A stretch of 40,353 nucleotides of DNA, taken from IMG/VR virus record IMGVR_UViG_3300045185_000022. One strand, written 5' to 3'. Origin of the DNA: a virus. The notes under the pieces were generated by a model. That model saw only the letters and a list, made by a program, of their open reading frames with translations, made no database searches and was not told the origin of the DNA. Each line of letters opens with the position of its first letter. The first letter of the stretch is position 1. Shown here in pieces: positions 25,347 through 33,017 of the stretch. The position numbers and the translations under genes are program-made.

Positions 25347-25720
25347 TGGCGATCCCTACGAAGATCAGCGACCTCGTGCTTGAGCGTGACGGCTGGGCCT
25401 GTGTCATCGGCCTGCCGGGATGCTCGGGGCGGGCGCAGTACTGCGACCACCGCGCGAACCGCGGCATGGGGGGATCGAAAGCGCTCGATGTGCCGTCGAA
25501 CCTCATCGCGACGTGCTTCACCTGCAACCACCTCAAAGAGGACTCGACCGGAGCGACCCGGCGCGAACTCGAGATCCGCGGTATCCGACTCCGCAACCGG
25601 GGCTGGCCGGAGGACACGATCGCGCACGCCGAAGCGACGCAGGTCGGCTACCCGGACGGGTCGTGGTGGCTGCTCGATCGGGCTGGTGGGCGGTCGGCAG
25701 CTTCGCCTCCGTCCACATAG
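25346..25720 (+). CDS. HNH endonuclease
   Basis: RDGWACV ... CSGRAQYCDHRANRGMGG ... NLIATCFTCNHLKE. Confidence 0.7.
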   Translation: MAIPTKISDLVLERDGWACVIGLPGCSGRAQYCDHRANRGMGGSKALDVPSNLIATCFTCNHLKEDSTGATRRELEIRGIRLRNRGWPEDTIAHAEATQVGYPDGSWWLLDRAGGRSAASPPST

Positions 25721-25918
25721 CACCTGTGGATAGATGTGTGCAAGCAAACACGCTTCAAGTTGAGGTTGAAGGTTGTTTTGTCCAGGGGTGTGGGATCGCC
25801 ACTTGCCAGTGTTTAGTAGGCCTGTTCGATTCGAGAACACATCGAGTGTTCGATTCATCCACAGGTCTATTCACAACGCATCGGTGCGTCGTCCACACAA
25901 TTCCACAAATAATCCACA
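25709..25918. promoter_or_regulatory. Putative replication origin: cluster of DnaA-box-like 9-mers
   Basis: CCGTCCACA 25709, CTATCCACA (minus strand) 25725-25733, ATCCCACA (minus strand) 25789-25796, TCATCCACA 25855, CTATTCACA 25867, TCGTCCACA 25889, AATTCCACA 25899, TAATCCACA 25910. The stretch is ORF-free and lower in GC. Confidence 0.55.
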
Positions 25919-25980
25919 GGCGATATTCCCGGTATCTGCAGAGGCCGAAAGGTTCTGCATAGCCTAGGAATTACGCAAAC

Positions 25981-26013
25981 GGCCCGGCAGGAATTGCAGT
26001 TCCGTACCGGGCC
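25981..26013 (+). promoter_or_regulatory. GC-clamped stem-loop 27 nt upstream of the replication module
   Basis: GGCCCGG pairs with CCGGGCC, with an inner GGAA/TTCC stem. The 3' flank TACCGGGCCTAACC is identical to that at 35057-35070. Confidence 0.55.
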
Positions 26014-26039
26014 TAACCAAATATTCGGAAGGAACGAAA

Positions 26040-26255
26040 TTGGCTACTGACGAGTTTACCCAGCGGCGCAGGCAGCAGCTCGCGCGCAAGTTCCTCGAGA
26101 TCGCGCGTGACGAACTCGAGCAGAAGATCCACACACGCGACTACTACATCGAGCGGGCCGCGTTCTACGGCCTCGAGGTCGATGATATTGCGGAGCACAT
26201 CGGCATGACCCAGGAGGAAGTGCTGGAGGTGCTGCAAGTCGGTGATGCCGCATGA
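26040..26255 (+). CDS. Small HTH-containing protein (71 aa)
   Basis: TTG start 6 nt after GGAAGGA; the C-terminal DDIAEHIGMTQEEVLEVL is HTH-like. Confidence 0.5.
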   Translation: MATDEFTQRRRQQLARKFLEIARDELEQKIHTRDYYIERAAFYGLEVDDIAEHIGMTQEEVLEVLQVGDAA

Positions 26256-26881
26256 CTGGCTGGTCATCAGTGCCGAACTGGGTGATCCGGGATGCGCCTC
26301 TCGACAACGCTGAGAAGCTCCTCTACATCGCGCTGTTGAACCGTGCGAACGCTAAGGGTGAGTCGTGGCCGTCGCTCCCGACTCTCGCGTCCGACACGGG
26401 GTTGAGCGAGTCCACGGTGAAGCGGCGCTTGGCGAAGCTTGAGGACGCCGGGTTGCTCAGCCGCGTTCACCGTGCGAACGCCGATGGGAAGCAGATCAAC
26501 AACCTCTACAAGGTGGCGGTGTGGAGCCCAAATCAGGGTGGTCACAGTGACCAGGGTGGGGTGGTCACAGTGACCGGGGGAGGTGGTCACAGTGACCTAC
26601 GAAGTACTACCCAGAGAAGTACTACCCATAGGGGGCGCAAACCTGAAACGACTCTCCCGGATGGTTGGTCACCGAACGAGAAACATCGAGCGTATGCGAA
26701 CGAGCAGCGACTGAACCTCGAGCATGAGGCAGGGCAGTTCGTCGCGTGGGTGCAGTCGAAGGACATGCGCTATCGCGATTGGGATGCGGCGTTCCGTACA
26801 TGGTTGGGGAAGGCAAAAGCGTTCGGTCGTGCGATGCCGCCGCAGCAAGAGCGGAAGGTGATCACTGACTATGACGATTGA
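26252..26881 (+). CDS. Replication initiator / replisome organiser with N-terminal winged HTH
   Basis: LLYIALLNRANAKGESWPSLPTLASDTGLSESTVKRRLAKLEDAGLL; lies upstream of DnaB; carries internal iterons. Confidence 0.65.
   Translation: MTGWSSVPNWVIRDAPLDNAEKLLYIALLNRANAKGESWPSLPTLASDTGLSESTVKRRLAKLEDAGLLSRVHRANADGKQINNLYKVAVWSPNQGGHSDQGGVVTVTGGGGHSDLRSTTQRSTTHRGRKPETTLPDGWSPNEKHRAYANEQRLNLEHEAGQFVAWVQSKDMRYRDWDAAFRTWLGKAKAFGRAMPPQQERKVITDYDD
26537..26628 (+). repeat. Iteron-like repeats inside the initiator gene
   Basis: GGTGGTCACAGTGACC three times (26537, 26560, 26582), each containing the palindrome GGTCACAGTGACC, plus GAAGTACTACCCA twice (26601, 26616). Confidence 0.8.
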
Positions 26882-28118
26882 TGCGGTCCGTGAGGCAGAG
26901 CTCGCGGTGCTCGGCGCGGTCGTCGGCACGCAGGGCAGGGCACTGGATGATGTTGCGCTTGAAGAGCGTGACTTCCTCCAGCCCTTGCACGGGGAACTGT
27001 TCGCGGCAGCTCGATCGATCTACAACGGCGGCGGGCATGTTGATGTGCTGACGCTCGCAGACGAGTTCCCTCGTGACGCTGCGTTCGTGCATTCGCTCAC
27101 GGACCACACGCCGTTCGCGGCCGCGGTCGAGTACTACGCGCAGATCGTGTCGAAGCATGCGCTGCGGCGCCGGCTCGCAGCAGTCGGTACGGGGCTAGCG
27201 CACCTGGACGAGTCCCTCACCGAGGGTGAGCTGTCAGACGCTGCCGTGCGAATGGTGGATGACGCGGTGGGCGAGGGCAAAGCGCCAGTCAGGTTCGTGG
27301 GTGACTACCTGCCCGATGTCGTGGCGTCGCTGCAGTCCGAGGATGTGTTCGTTCGTTCCCCGTGGGAGTCGCTGGACAAGGTGATTGGTGGGTTTCGTCC
27401 TGGCGCGGTGTATGTCGTGGCGGCGCGTCCTGGTGTCGGTAAGACCGTGGTTGCGGGGCAGATCGCGGTGCAGCTCGCACAGCATGGGATGGTCGCGTTT
27501 TCCAGTCTGGAGATGACCGGGCAGGAACTGACGTCTCGGCTCATGTCGGAGCGGCTGAACATTCGGGTCGGCAGGATCAAGAATGCCCGGCTCCAGGCCG
27601 ACGATTGGCAGCGCCTGGAATCTCACCGTGCTCGGCTCGAGGGCTTGAACATCGCGATCGATGACAGGTCGGGTGTTGGTCCTTCTGATGTGCGCGCGTT
27701 CGCACGCTCGGTGTCGAAGCGGGGGCAGCTGTCCGGTGTCGTGGTCGACTACCTACAGCTGATGACGGCGCCGGGAAAGCAAGACCGGCATGTTCAGGTT
27801 GCGGAGTTTTCGCGGCAGTTGAAGATTCTCGCGAAGGATTTGCAGGTGCCGGTGATTGCGCTATCGCAGTTGAACCGAAATTCGGAGCAGTCAGAGATGC
27901 GGGTGCCGCGATTGTCGGACTTGCGTGAGTCTGGCGCGATCGAGCAGGACGCGGATTGCGTCATGTTGTTGCGCCGTGAAGAGGGGCACACGTTCGAGAC
28001 GATGTGGATTGACGTGGCAAAGAACCGCCACGGACGTACCGGCGAGATTGGTTTGCGCTGGGACGGGACGTATTCGCGGGCGGTTGATGATTTCCCGCCC
28101 GACCAATTTATGCACTAG
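26871..28118 (+). CDS. dnaB: DnaB-family replicative helicase
   Basis: ARPGVGKT (Walker A), FSLEMT, VVVDYLQLM, SQLNRNSEQ, LSDLRESGAIEQDAD. Confidence 0.9.
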   Translation: MTIDAVREAELAVLGAVVGTQGRALDDVALEERDFLQPLHGELFAAARSIYNGGGHVDVLTLADEFPRDAAFVHSLTDHTPFAAAVEYYAQIVSKHALRRRLAAVGTGLAHLDESLTEGELSDAAVRMVDDAVGEGKAPVRFVGDYLPDVVASLQSEDVFVRSPWESLDKVIGGFRPGAVYVVAARPGVGKTVVAGQIAVQLAQHGMVAFSSLEMTGQELTSRLMSERLNIRVGRIKNARLQADDWQRLESHRARLEGLNIAIDDRSGVGPSDVRAFARSVSKRGQLSGVVVDYLQLMTAPGKQDRHVQVAEFSRQLKILAKDLQVPVIALSQLNRNSEQSEMRVPRLSDLRESGAIEQDADCVMLLRREEGHTFETMWIDVAKNRHGRTGEIGLRWDGTYSRAVDDFPPDQFMH

Positions 28119-28128
28119 GAGAAAGTAA

Positions 28129-28578
28129 ATGTCGAAAGCAACGGTGATTGTCGAGGGGTACCTGTCGCAGGACCCTCGCGTGAATGTCACGCAGTCGGGC
28201 CGGAAGGTCGCGAATGTGACGGTGCCGCACACGCCGCAGCGGAAGAGCCAGTCGGGGCAGTGGGAGGACGCGGGCCCGACGACGTGGTTCGAGGCGACAG
28301 TGTGGGAAGACGCCGCCGAAGCCGTCGAGGGCCTGCGCAAGGGCGACAAGGTGCAACTCGTCGGGCAGCTGCAGGTGGAGACGTACGAGAAGCGCGATGG
28401 GTCGCAGGGTGTGAAGGCGGTCGTGAAGAACGGCACCGTCGGTCTCCTGGAACGCGGCAAGGGCGGCCAGGGCGGCTCGCAGGGCGGTTGGGCTACTCCC
28501 GGTGGTTCGAACAATTTCGGGCCGTCACGCGGACAGCAGACGCCGCAGGCGTGGGACGAGTCGGAGGTCCCGTTTTGA
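28129..28578 (+). CDS. ssb: Single-stranded DNA-binding protein
   Basis: OB-fold N-terminus (TVIVEGYLSQDPRV ... TTWFEATVWEDAAE), Gly/Gln-rich linker and acidic tip DESEVPF. Confidence 0.85.
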   Translation: MSKATVIVEGYLSQDPRVNVTQSGRKVANVTVPHTPQRKSQSGQWEDAGPTTWFEATVWEDAAEAVEGLRKGDKVQLVGQLQVETYEKRDGSQGVKAVVKNGTVGLLERGKGGQGGSQGGWATPGGSNNFGPSRGQQTPQAWDESEVPF

Positions 28579-28580
28579 CC

Positions 28581-28635
28581 GGCGCGGTTGCTCTGGGTTA
28601 TGCCCCAGCGACACGGTCGCGTCCTGAACCGCGCC
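28581..28635 (+). promoter_or_regulatory. Branched stem structure after ssb
   Basis: Outer stem GGCGCGGTT/AACCGCGCC encloses two hairpins, CTGGG/CCCAG and CGAC/GTCG. Confidence 0.4.
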
Positions 28636-28711
28636 CTCGTTGCTGCGCGCAATGCCGCACCCCGTATGGGTGTGCGACGTCCGGGTGTGGCTGTCATCGG
28701 AGGAAGTCGTG

Positions 28712-28975
28712 ATGGACGTGTGGGACCGCGCGGACGCAGCGAATGACCAGAGGTGGATCGATGACCGACTCCACGAAGAACAACTACGGAGGGAAACCGA
28801 GATGACAGAGAAGACGGTGACGGTAGTGCTGTCCGGTTGCGATGACGAGACGGAAGTCGAGGTGCCGGTGACTGGTGCGGAGTTCGAGTTCCTGAACAGG
28901 CTCTCGGGCATCGTGAACGCGGCCTCCGAGTATCAGTGCCAGCCAAAGCTACTCGTTGGTGATCGCAGTGAGTGA
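28712..28975 (+). CDS. Hypothetical protein (87 aa)
   Basis: RBS GGAGGAAG. Confidence 0.5.
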   Translation: MDVWDRADAANDQRWIDDRLHEEQLRRETEMTEKTVTVVLSGCDDETEVEVPVTGAEFEFLNRLSGIVNAASEYQCQPKLLVGDRSE

Positions 28976-29291
28976 CCGTATCGACCATGCCGCGGAGGCG
29001 TGGGAGTTTCAGCAGGCGTCGCAGCTTGTGGCTGGGGACTCGATGGAGGCGGCGACGTTGGCGGTGCGCCACGCACACGTGCATGCCGTCCTGGCCCTCG
29101 TGGAGCAGACCCGGATCGCCAACCTCATCGCCCTGTCGCAGGCGGAGGACGGCAACGGATGGATCTCGGAGCAGGCTATTGCCTCCGTGTTCCGAGAGCA
29201 CTGGAACGACGAGACCGGGCAAGGGCACTGCACGATTGCGCCGGAGGTTGCGGCAGCGCTCGGGATCAAGACAGGAGAAGACGATGAGTAA
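28956..29291 (+). CDS. Hypothetical protein (111 aa)
   Basis: GTG start (alternative 28965); ends in the GATGAGTAA junction. Confidence 0.5.
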   Translation: MVIAVSDRIDHAAEAWEFQQASQLVAGDSMEAATLAVRHAHVHAVLALVEQTRIANLIALSQAEDGNGWISEQAIASVFREHWNDETGQGHCTIAPEVAAALGIKTGEDDE

Positions 29292-29502
29292 GCCGGTAGG
29301 ACACATCCGGGGCAAGCTTCTGTTTCAGATCGAAGGCGGTGAGCCGATCGAGATGGGGACAGTGAGCCTGCCGCTGGTCGCGACCCGAGTGTCACCGCCG
29401 AAGTCAGGCGTGATGACGTTCGGTCTCGGCGTGGATTTGGAAGGCGTTTCCCGCGACATCGCCGCGATATTCGATTCGAACGAGGTGACCGGAGATGAGT
29501 AA
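29284..29502 (+). CDS. Hypothetical protein (72 aa)
   Basis: ATG within the GATGAGTAAGC junction; RBS GGAGAAG. Confidence 0.5.
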   Translation: MSKPVGHIRGKLLFQIEGGEPIEMGTVSLPLVATRVSPPKSGVMTFGLGVDLEGVSRDIAAIFDSNEVTGDE

Positions 29503-29689
29503 GCATATTGATTTCCGCATCTACGACGATGCGTCCAAGGTGCAAATCAAGATGACCGAGCGTGACGTGTACGGCCGGATTAGGAGCCACCGTACTCGCC
29601 AGTTCACGGTCTCTCGTGTCGAGTTCGAGGCTGCGCTTGCAGCGGCGAGCATCGAGATGCCGTGGAAGGCGGTGACCGGCGATGAGTGA
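29495..29689 (+). CDS. Hypothetical protein (64 aa)
   Basis: Same junction motif at both ends. Confidence 0.5.
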   Translation: MSKHIDFRIYDDASKVQIKMTERDVYGRIRSHRTRQFTVSRVEFEAALAAASIEMPWKAVTGDE

Positions 29690-30128
29690 GCAGAGTGTGC
29701 GTGACCTGATCGCGGAGGCCATCTACAAGTCGGACATCGAGGGGCTCCAGGACTTTGCGGTTGAGTGGAGCGTGCTGGCTACGCAGTCTCCGAGCATCGC
29801 GAAGTCGCGATACAGGGAGGCTGACGCGGTGCTTGCGGTGCTCGCTGACCCGCCCTCCGACGTGATCGAGGCCGGGGCGCGGGCACTGGCCGAGCTTGAG
29901 CCGGGCGAGGCGTGGCCCTCGAACTATGAGCTCGGAGGTGGCCCGACTGGCACTCGCGACGACGAGTATCGCAGCGAGATGCTCGACCAGGCTCGAATGG
30001 TGCTCCAAGCCGTGTTTGCCGTGGCGCCGAATGTCTCTGAAAAGACCTCGAATCAGGGTAAAACCCCTGGTCAGTCCACGGCGCCGAATATCGGCGAAAA
30101 GGCTGTGTTCGGGGGCGACCGTGACTGA
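29682..30128 (+). CDS. Hypothetical protein (148 aa)
   Basis: ATG within the GATGAGTGAGC junction. Confidence 0.55.
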   Translation: MSEQSVRDLIAEAIYKSDIEGLQDFAVEWSVLATQSPSIAKSRYREADAVLAVLADPPSDVIEAGARALAELEPGEAWPSNYELGGGPTGTRDDEYRSEMLDQARMVLQAVFAVAPNVSEKTSNQGKTPGQSTAPNIGEKAVFGGDRD

Positions 30129-30390
30129 GTACACGCCGACTGTTGATGAGGCGCGCACGAAATACGCCACCGGGGCGACCTGGCAGCACCAAAGTTTCTC
30201 GACGGCGGCCGAAGAGTTCGACCGCATGATCGCGGGGGTGCGTGCTGATGAGCGTGAGCGTTGCGCGCAGATCGCGGAATCGTCCACTCGACCGTTGCCT
30301 GGTCATGGCAGTTTCGGTGCGGGTTCGCGTTCGCAGTGGTATGCGAACGGTGTCACGGATGCGGCGGCCCGGATCCGAGGTGCGTCATGA
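30121..30390 (+). CDS. Hypothetical protein (89 aa)
   Basis: GTGACTGA overlap start. Confidence 0.45.
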   Translation: MTEYTPTVDEARTKYATGATWQHQSFSTAAEEFDRMIAGVRADERERCAQIAESSTRPLPGHGSFGAGSRSQWYANGVTDAAARIRGAS

Positions 30391-30572
30391 CTCGGGCACG
30401 CAAGAACGGCAAGGGCGAAGAAGCTTTCGGGCATGTGTCGCGGGCACACGTCCGCCAGTTCGGCTTTCGGTGGCGCGCGTACCGGGCTGGAAGCCACCAG
30501 GGCATGTGGTTCGGTACGCATGCTGAGGCGCTCGCGTACGCACTCGGAGAGGACAAGAACGATGAGGCGTGA
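30387..30572 (+). CDS. Small protein with possible AP2-like DNA-binding fold (61 aa)
   Basis: ATGA overlap; GFRWRAYRAGSHQGMWFGTHAEALAYA resembles an AP2/integrase-type beta-sheet plus helix. Confidence 0.35.
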   Translation: MTRARKNGKGEEAFGHVSRAHVRQFGFRWRAYRAGSHQGMWFGTHAEALAYALGEDKNDEA

Positions 30573-30747
30573 TGACCTACAGATCGCAGTCGAGGAAGCG
30601 CGGCGGTTCCTGGCACGTGCGGAGCTGCTGCTGAGCGCAGACCGCGATCCTGCCTATCCGTGGCTGTACGGGGAGCAGGCGGCGTCCGTGAAGCGGGCGT
30701 CAATGGATTTGACGAAGGCGCTACCGAATCTCAGGAGGAACCGATGA
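30562..30747 (+). CDS. Hypothetical protein (61 aa)
   Basis: In operon phase; overlaps the upstream gene by 11 nt. Confidence 0.45.
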   Translation: MRRDDLQIAVEEARRFLARAELLLSADRDPAYPWLYGEQAASVKRASMDLTKALPNLRRNR

Positions 30748-31112
30748 CGAAGAGCAGTGACGAACGTCTCGTGGAGTTGCGGGCGGAGGCTGGAAGCCGA
30801 GCGACTCAGTACGCGCACTCGCTGGCGTCGGGCGAGTCCCGAGACGACGGCGGTGAAGACGTGCTGGACATGTCGATGCTGTGGTCGGGGCTCGCGGCCG
30901 CGTTGGACGAGATGGCCCGGTGGCGTGGCATGGCTGAGAACGATGCCGCGGTCGAGGCTGCGGCGCGTGGTAGGCGTGAAGCCGATATGGCCCAGTACGG
31001 CCACGAAATCTCGTGGGACGGCATGTTAGAGCGTTTCCGTGAGGCGTACCGCCGTGAATGCCGTACGGTGCTTGCCGCTGCGGTCGAGACGATCAAGGAG
31101 CAGGGCGCGTGA
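30744..31112 (+). CDS. Hypothetical protein (122 aa)
   Basis: RBS AGGAGGAA; ATGA overlap. Confidence 0.55.
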   Translation: MTKSSDERLVELRAEAGSRATQYAHSLASGESRDDGGEDVLDMSMLWSGLAAALDEMARWRGMAENDAAVEAAARGRREADMAQYGHEISWDGMLERFREAYRRECRTVLAAAVETIKEQGA

Positions 31113-31294
31113 GCCGGAAGATCACTAGGTGGGAGAAGTTTCGAGACCGGCTCGCGAACCGGATCGCAAACTGGGCGCTCGTTCACATCGCGACGTGGGA
31201 GTACCAGAAGGCCGTGTGGTGGACAATGCGACTCGGTGACGAAGTGCTTAGAGAGAAGAGCTCCGTGAACAAGAAGGGGCAGGGCGGTGAGTAA
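31109..31294 (+). CDS. Hypothetical protein (61 aa)
   Basis: GTGA overlap start. Confidence 0.45.
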   Translation: MSRKITRWEKFRDRLANRIANWALVHIATWEYQKAVWWTMRLGDEVLREKSSVNKKGQGGE

Positions 31295-31508
31295 GCGTGT
31301 GCAGAGCAACAGTGTGCAGCATCGTCAGGTCGCGCTCGACAAGCTCAACCAGGACGCGGTGATCTTGGATCAGCACGGACATGCGTGGCAGAACGGCGGC
31401 ATCTACTGGTATCGCGCGTTCGACAGTGACCGGCATGAATCGAGTTTCAATCTGGCGCAGTTCGCGGGCGACTTCAAGGTGATCCACGGAGGGCAGGCCG
31501 GTGATTGA
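31287..31508 (+). CDS. Hypothetical protein (73 aa)
   Basis: GTG within the GGTGAGTAAGC junction. Confidence 0.45.
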   Translation: MSKRVQSNSVQHRQVALDKLNQDAVILDQHGHAWQNGGIYWYRAFDSDRHESSFNLAQFAGDFKVIHGGQAGD

Positions 31509-31605
31509 GCCGGTTGAGCCGCAGGAGGTATGGCCCTGGGCTATCTCCGAGGGCTGTGTCTGCCCGTGGTGCACGGAACGAGAGGAAGAAGACGATGGAT
31601 CTTGA
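31501..31605 (+). CDS. Possible small Cys/Trp-rich protein (34 aa)
   Basis: GTGATTGA overlap start and ATGGATCTTGA overlap end; VIEPVEPQEVWPWAISEGCVCPWCTEREEEDDGS; high GC3; below the track cutoff. Confidence 0.3.
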   Translation: MIEPVEPQEVWPWAISEGCVCPWCTEREEEDDGS

Positions 31606-31957
31606 TCAGGTACGCAGTGAGGGCGAGCGGCAGGCCGCGGGGTTGCATATCTCTGGGTGGCCGCGTCGGTATGAGGCGAAGTATCGGGCCGGGTTCTCGC
31701 TTGGGTTCGAGTGTGGCGCGCGCTGGCAGGCGGAGCGTGACGCCGAGCGCATCCGCGAACTGGAAGCCGAGGTGGAGCGGCAGCGACGCGAGTTCGATTG
31801 GCTGCATGAGAAAGCCGCACGAGCCGGGGCGAAGCTCACGTTGATTCAGCGCGAGGCGGAGAGATGGGCACACAATGACATGCGGGGCACGTCAGTGGGC
31901 TTCGTAAACCGACTGGATGGGCAACGCATCCTCACGATCCTGAACGGAGACGAGTGA
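31595..31957 (+). CDS. Hypothetical protein (120 aa)
   Basis: ATG after GAGAGGAAGAAG. The track's TTG 31505 start would add an Arg-rich, non-protein-like N-terminus. Confidence 0.5.
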   Translation: MDLDQVRSEGERQAAGLHISGWPRRYEAKYRAGFSLGFECGARWQAERDAERIRELEAEVERQRREFDWLHEKAARAGAKLTLIQREAERWAHNDMRGTSVGFVNRLDGQRILTILNGDE

Positions 31958-32196
31958 TGAACAGCCGAATCGTTTGGAGCGCCCCTAAGACAATGCCGAA
32001 CTTGGGGGCGCTCTGTCGTTGGAGGCACGGGAAATCGCATCGGTGGAACTACGGCTATCTGGTGACGGATTCTCGCGGGATCACCTGGACGTTCAGCCAC
32101 GAGGCGGGTGGAGTCGCGTCCGTGTGGATGGTCGCCCTCCCACGCTTTTTCGAGGTCGCTGTTATCGAGCAAACAACGGACGGAGACAACACATGA
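31954..32196 (+). CDS. Hypothetical protein (80 aa)
   Basis: ATGA overlap. Confidence 0.5.
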   Translation: MMNSRIVWSAPKTMPNLGALCRWRHGKSHRWNYGYLVTDSRGITWTFSHEAGGVASVWMVALPRFFEVAVIEQTTDGDNT

Positions 32197-32348
32197 GGCT
32201 GCGCATCGAACTGGTTATCGAGACCGGCGACCCCGAGGTCGTGGAGTCCCGAGAGACCGACGTGTACACCGCGGCAGAACTCGCTGGTGATGCCCGTGAC
32301 GAGACCGGAGCCGTACCGCTCGGCTTCCAGGCAGGAGGGGCAGCATGA
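32193..32348 (+). CDS. Hypothetical small acidic protein (51 aa)
   Basis: ATGA overlaps at both ends. Confidence 0.4.
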   Translation: MRLRIELVIETGDPEVVESRETDVYTAAELAGDARDETGAVPLGFQAGGAA

Positions 32349-32971
32349 CCCTCGCTAGCTTCGTGCATGTCCTCGCGTTCCCTCACCAGGAGGAGGTGAA
32401 GGTCATTGACCGGGAGACGAACCGGCCAGAGACCCGCACCATCACCCGCAGGGCACTGCTGGACGACCTCGAAGACACCACGGGAGTCTCGACCGGCGGC
32501 GGGGGAAGTTCGGGCGGGAGTCGCGTCCTCGTCGACTCCGACGTCGTGAAGCTGAAAGCCGCGATCGCCGGCGACTTGCAACGCGACCTGCTGCGCCTCG
32601 GCGTCACGGCATTCAAGTTCGGGCCGCTCGCGAATCAACTCACCGCCTGGTATGCGAACTTCCAAGCGTCATTCCCGAACGGTGCCGAAGAGTATGCGTG
32701 GGCAGGGCAGCTCGAACGGTGGGAGGCGCAGATCCGGGCAGTGACGGAGCCGGTGAAGAAACGCGAAGTGCTCACCGCCTGCCCGATCTGCGGTGCCGCC
32801 GAAACGTATGTCGAGGATGAGCGTCGATCCATGCTCACGATCACGTACAGCGAGGATTCGCCGGCCGCGTCGACCGAGCTCGAATGCCAACGTTGCGGGG
32901 TGCTCGCGCAGGGTGTTGCGGCGGTCGCGGCGACACTCAAAATTGAGAAGGTTCGCAACACCCTCACGTGA
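32345..32971 (+). CDS. Zn-ribbon protein, last gene of the early operon (candidate late-gene regulator)
   Basis: 208 aa; CPICG ... 32 aa ... CQRCG near the C-terminus; followed by a strong terminator and a long non-coding region. Confidence 0.55.
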   Translation: MTLASFVHVLAFPHQEEVKVIDRETNRPETRTITRRALLDDLEDTTGVSTGGGGSSGGSRVLVDSDVVKLKAAIAGDLQRDLLRLGVTAFKFGPLANQLTAWYANFQASFPNGAEEYAWAGQLERWEAQIRAVTEPVKKREVLTACPICGAAETYVEDERRSMLTITYSEDSPAASTELECQRCGVLAQGVAAVAATLKIEKVRNTLT

Positions 32972-33017
32972 TCGTTTTCTGCTATCCTGTTCTCGACGGG
33001 CATTATTGTGTCCAGAT

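Noticed and set aside
25823-25856. Two GTTCGATTC motifs as tRNA T-loops
   Set aside because: The flanking bases do not form T-stems or acceptor stems. They sit within the origin-like repeat region.
26537-26597. The GGTGGTCACAGTGACC triple repeat as a mini CRISPR array
   Set aside because: There are only three 16-bp repeats with 6-7-bp spacers. They lie inside a CDS and no cas genes are present. They fit iterons instead.
27891-29315. 474-aa minus-strand ORF spanning the dnaB 3' end, ssb and downstream genes
   Set aside because: It is an antisense artefact. The sense strand carries unmistakable DnaB and SSB motifs.
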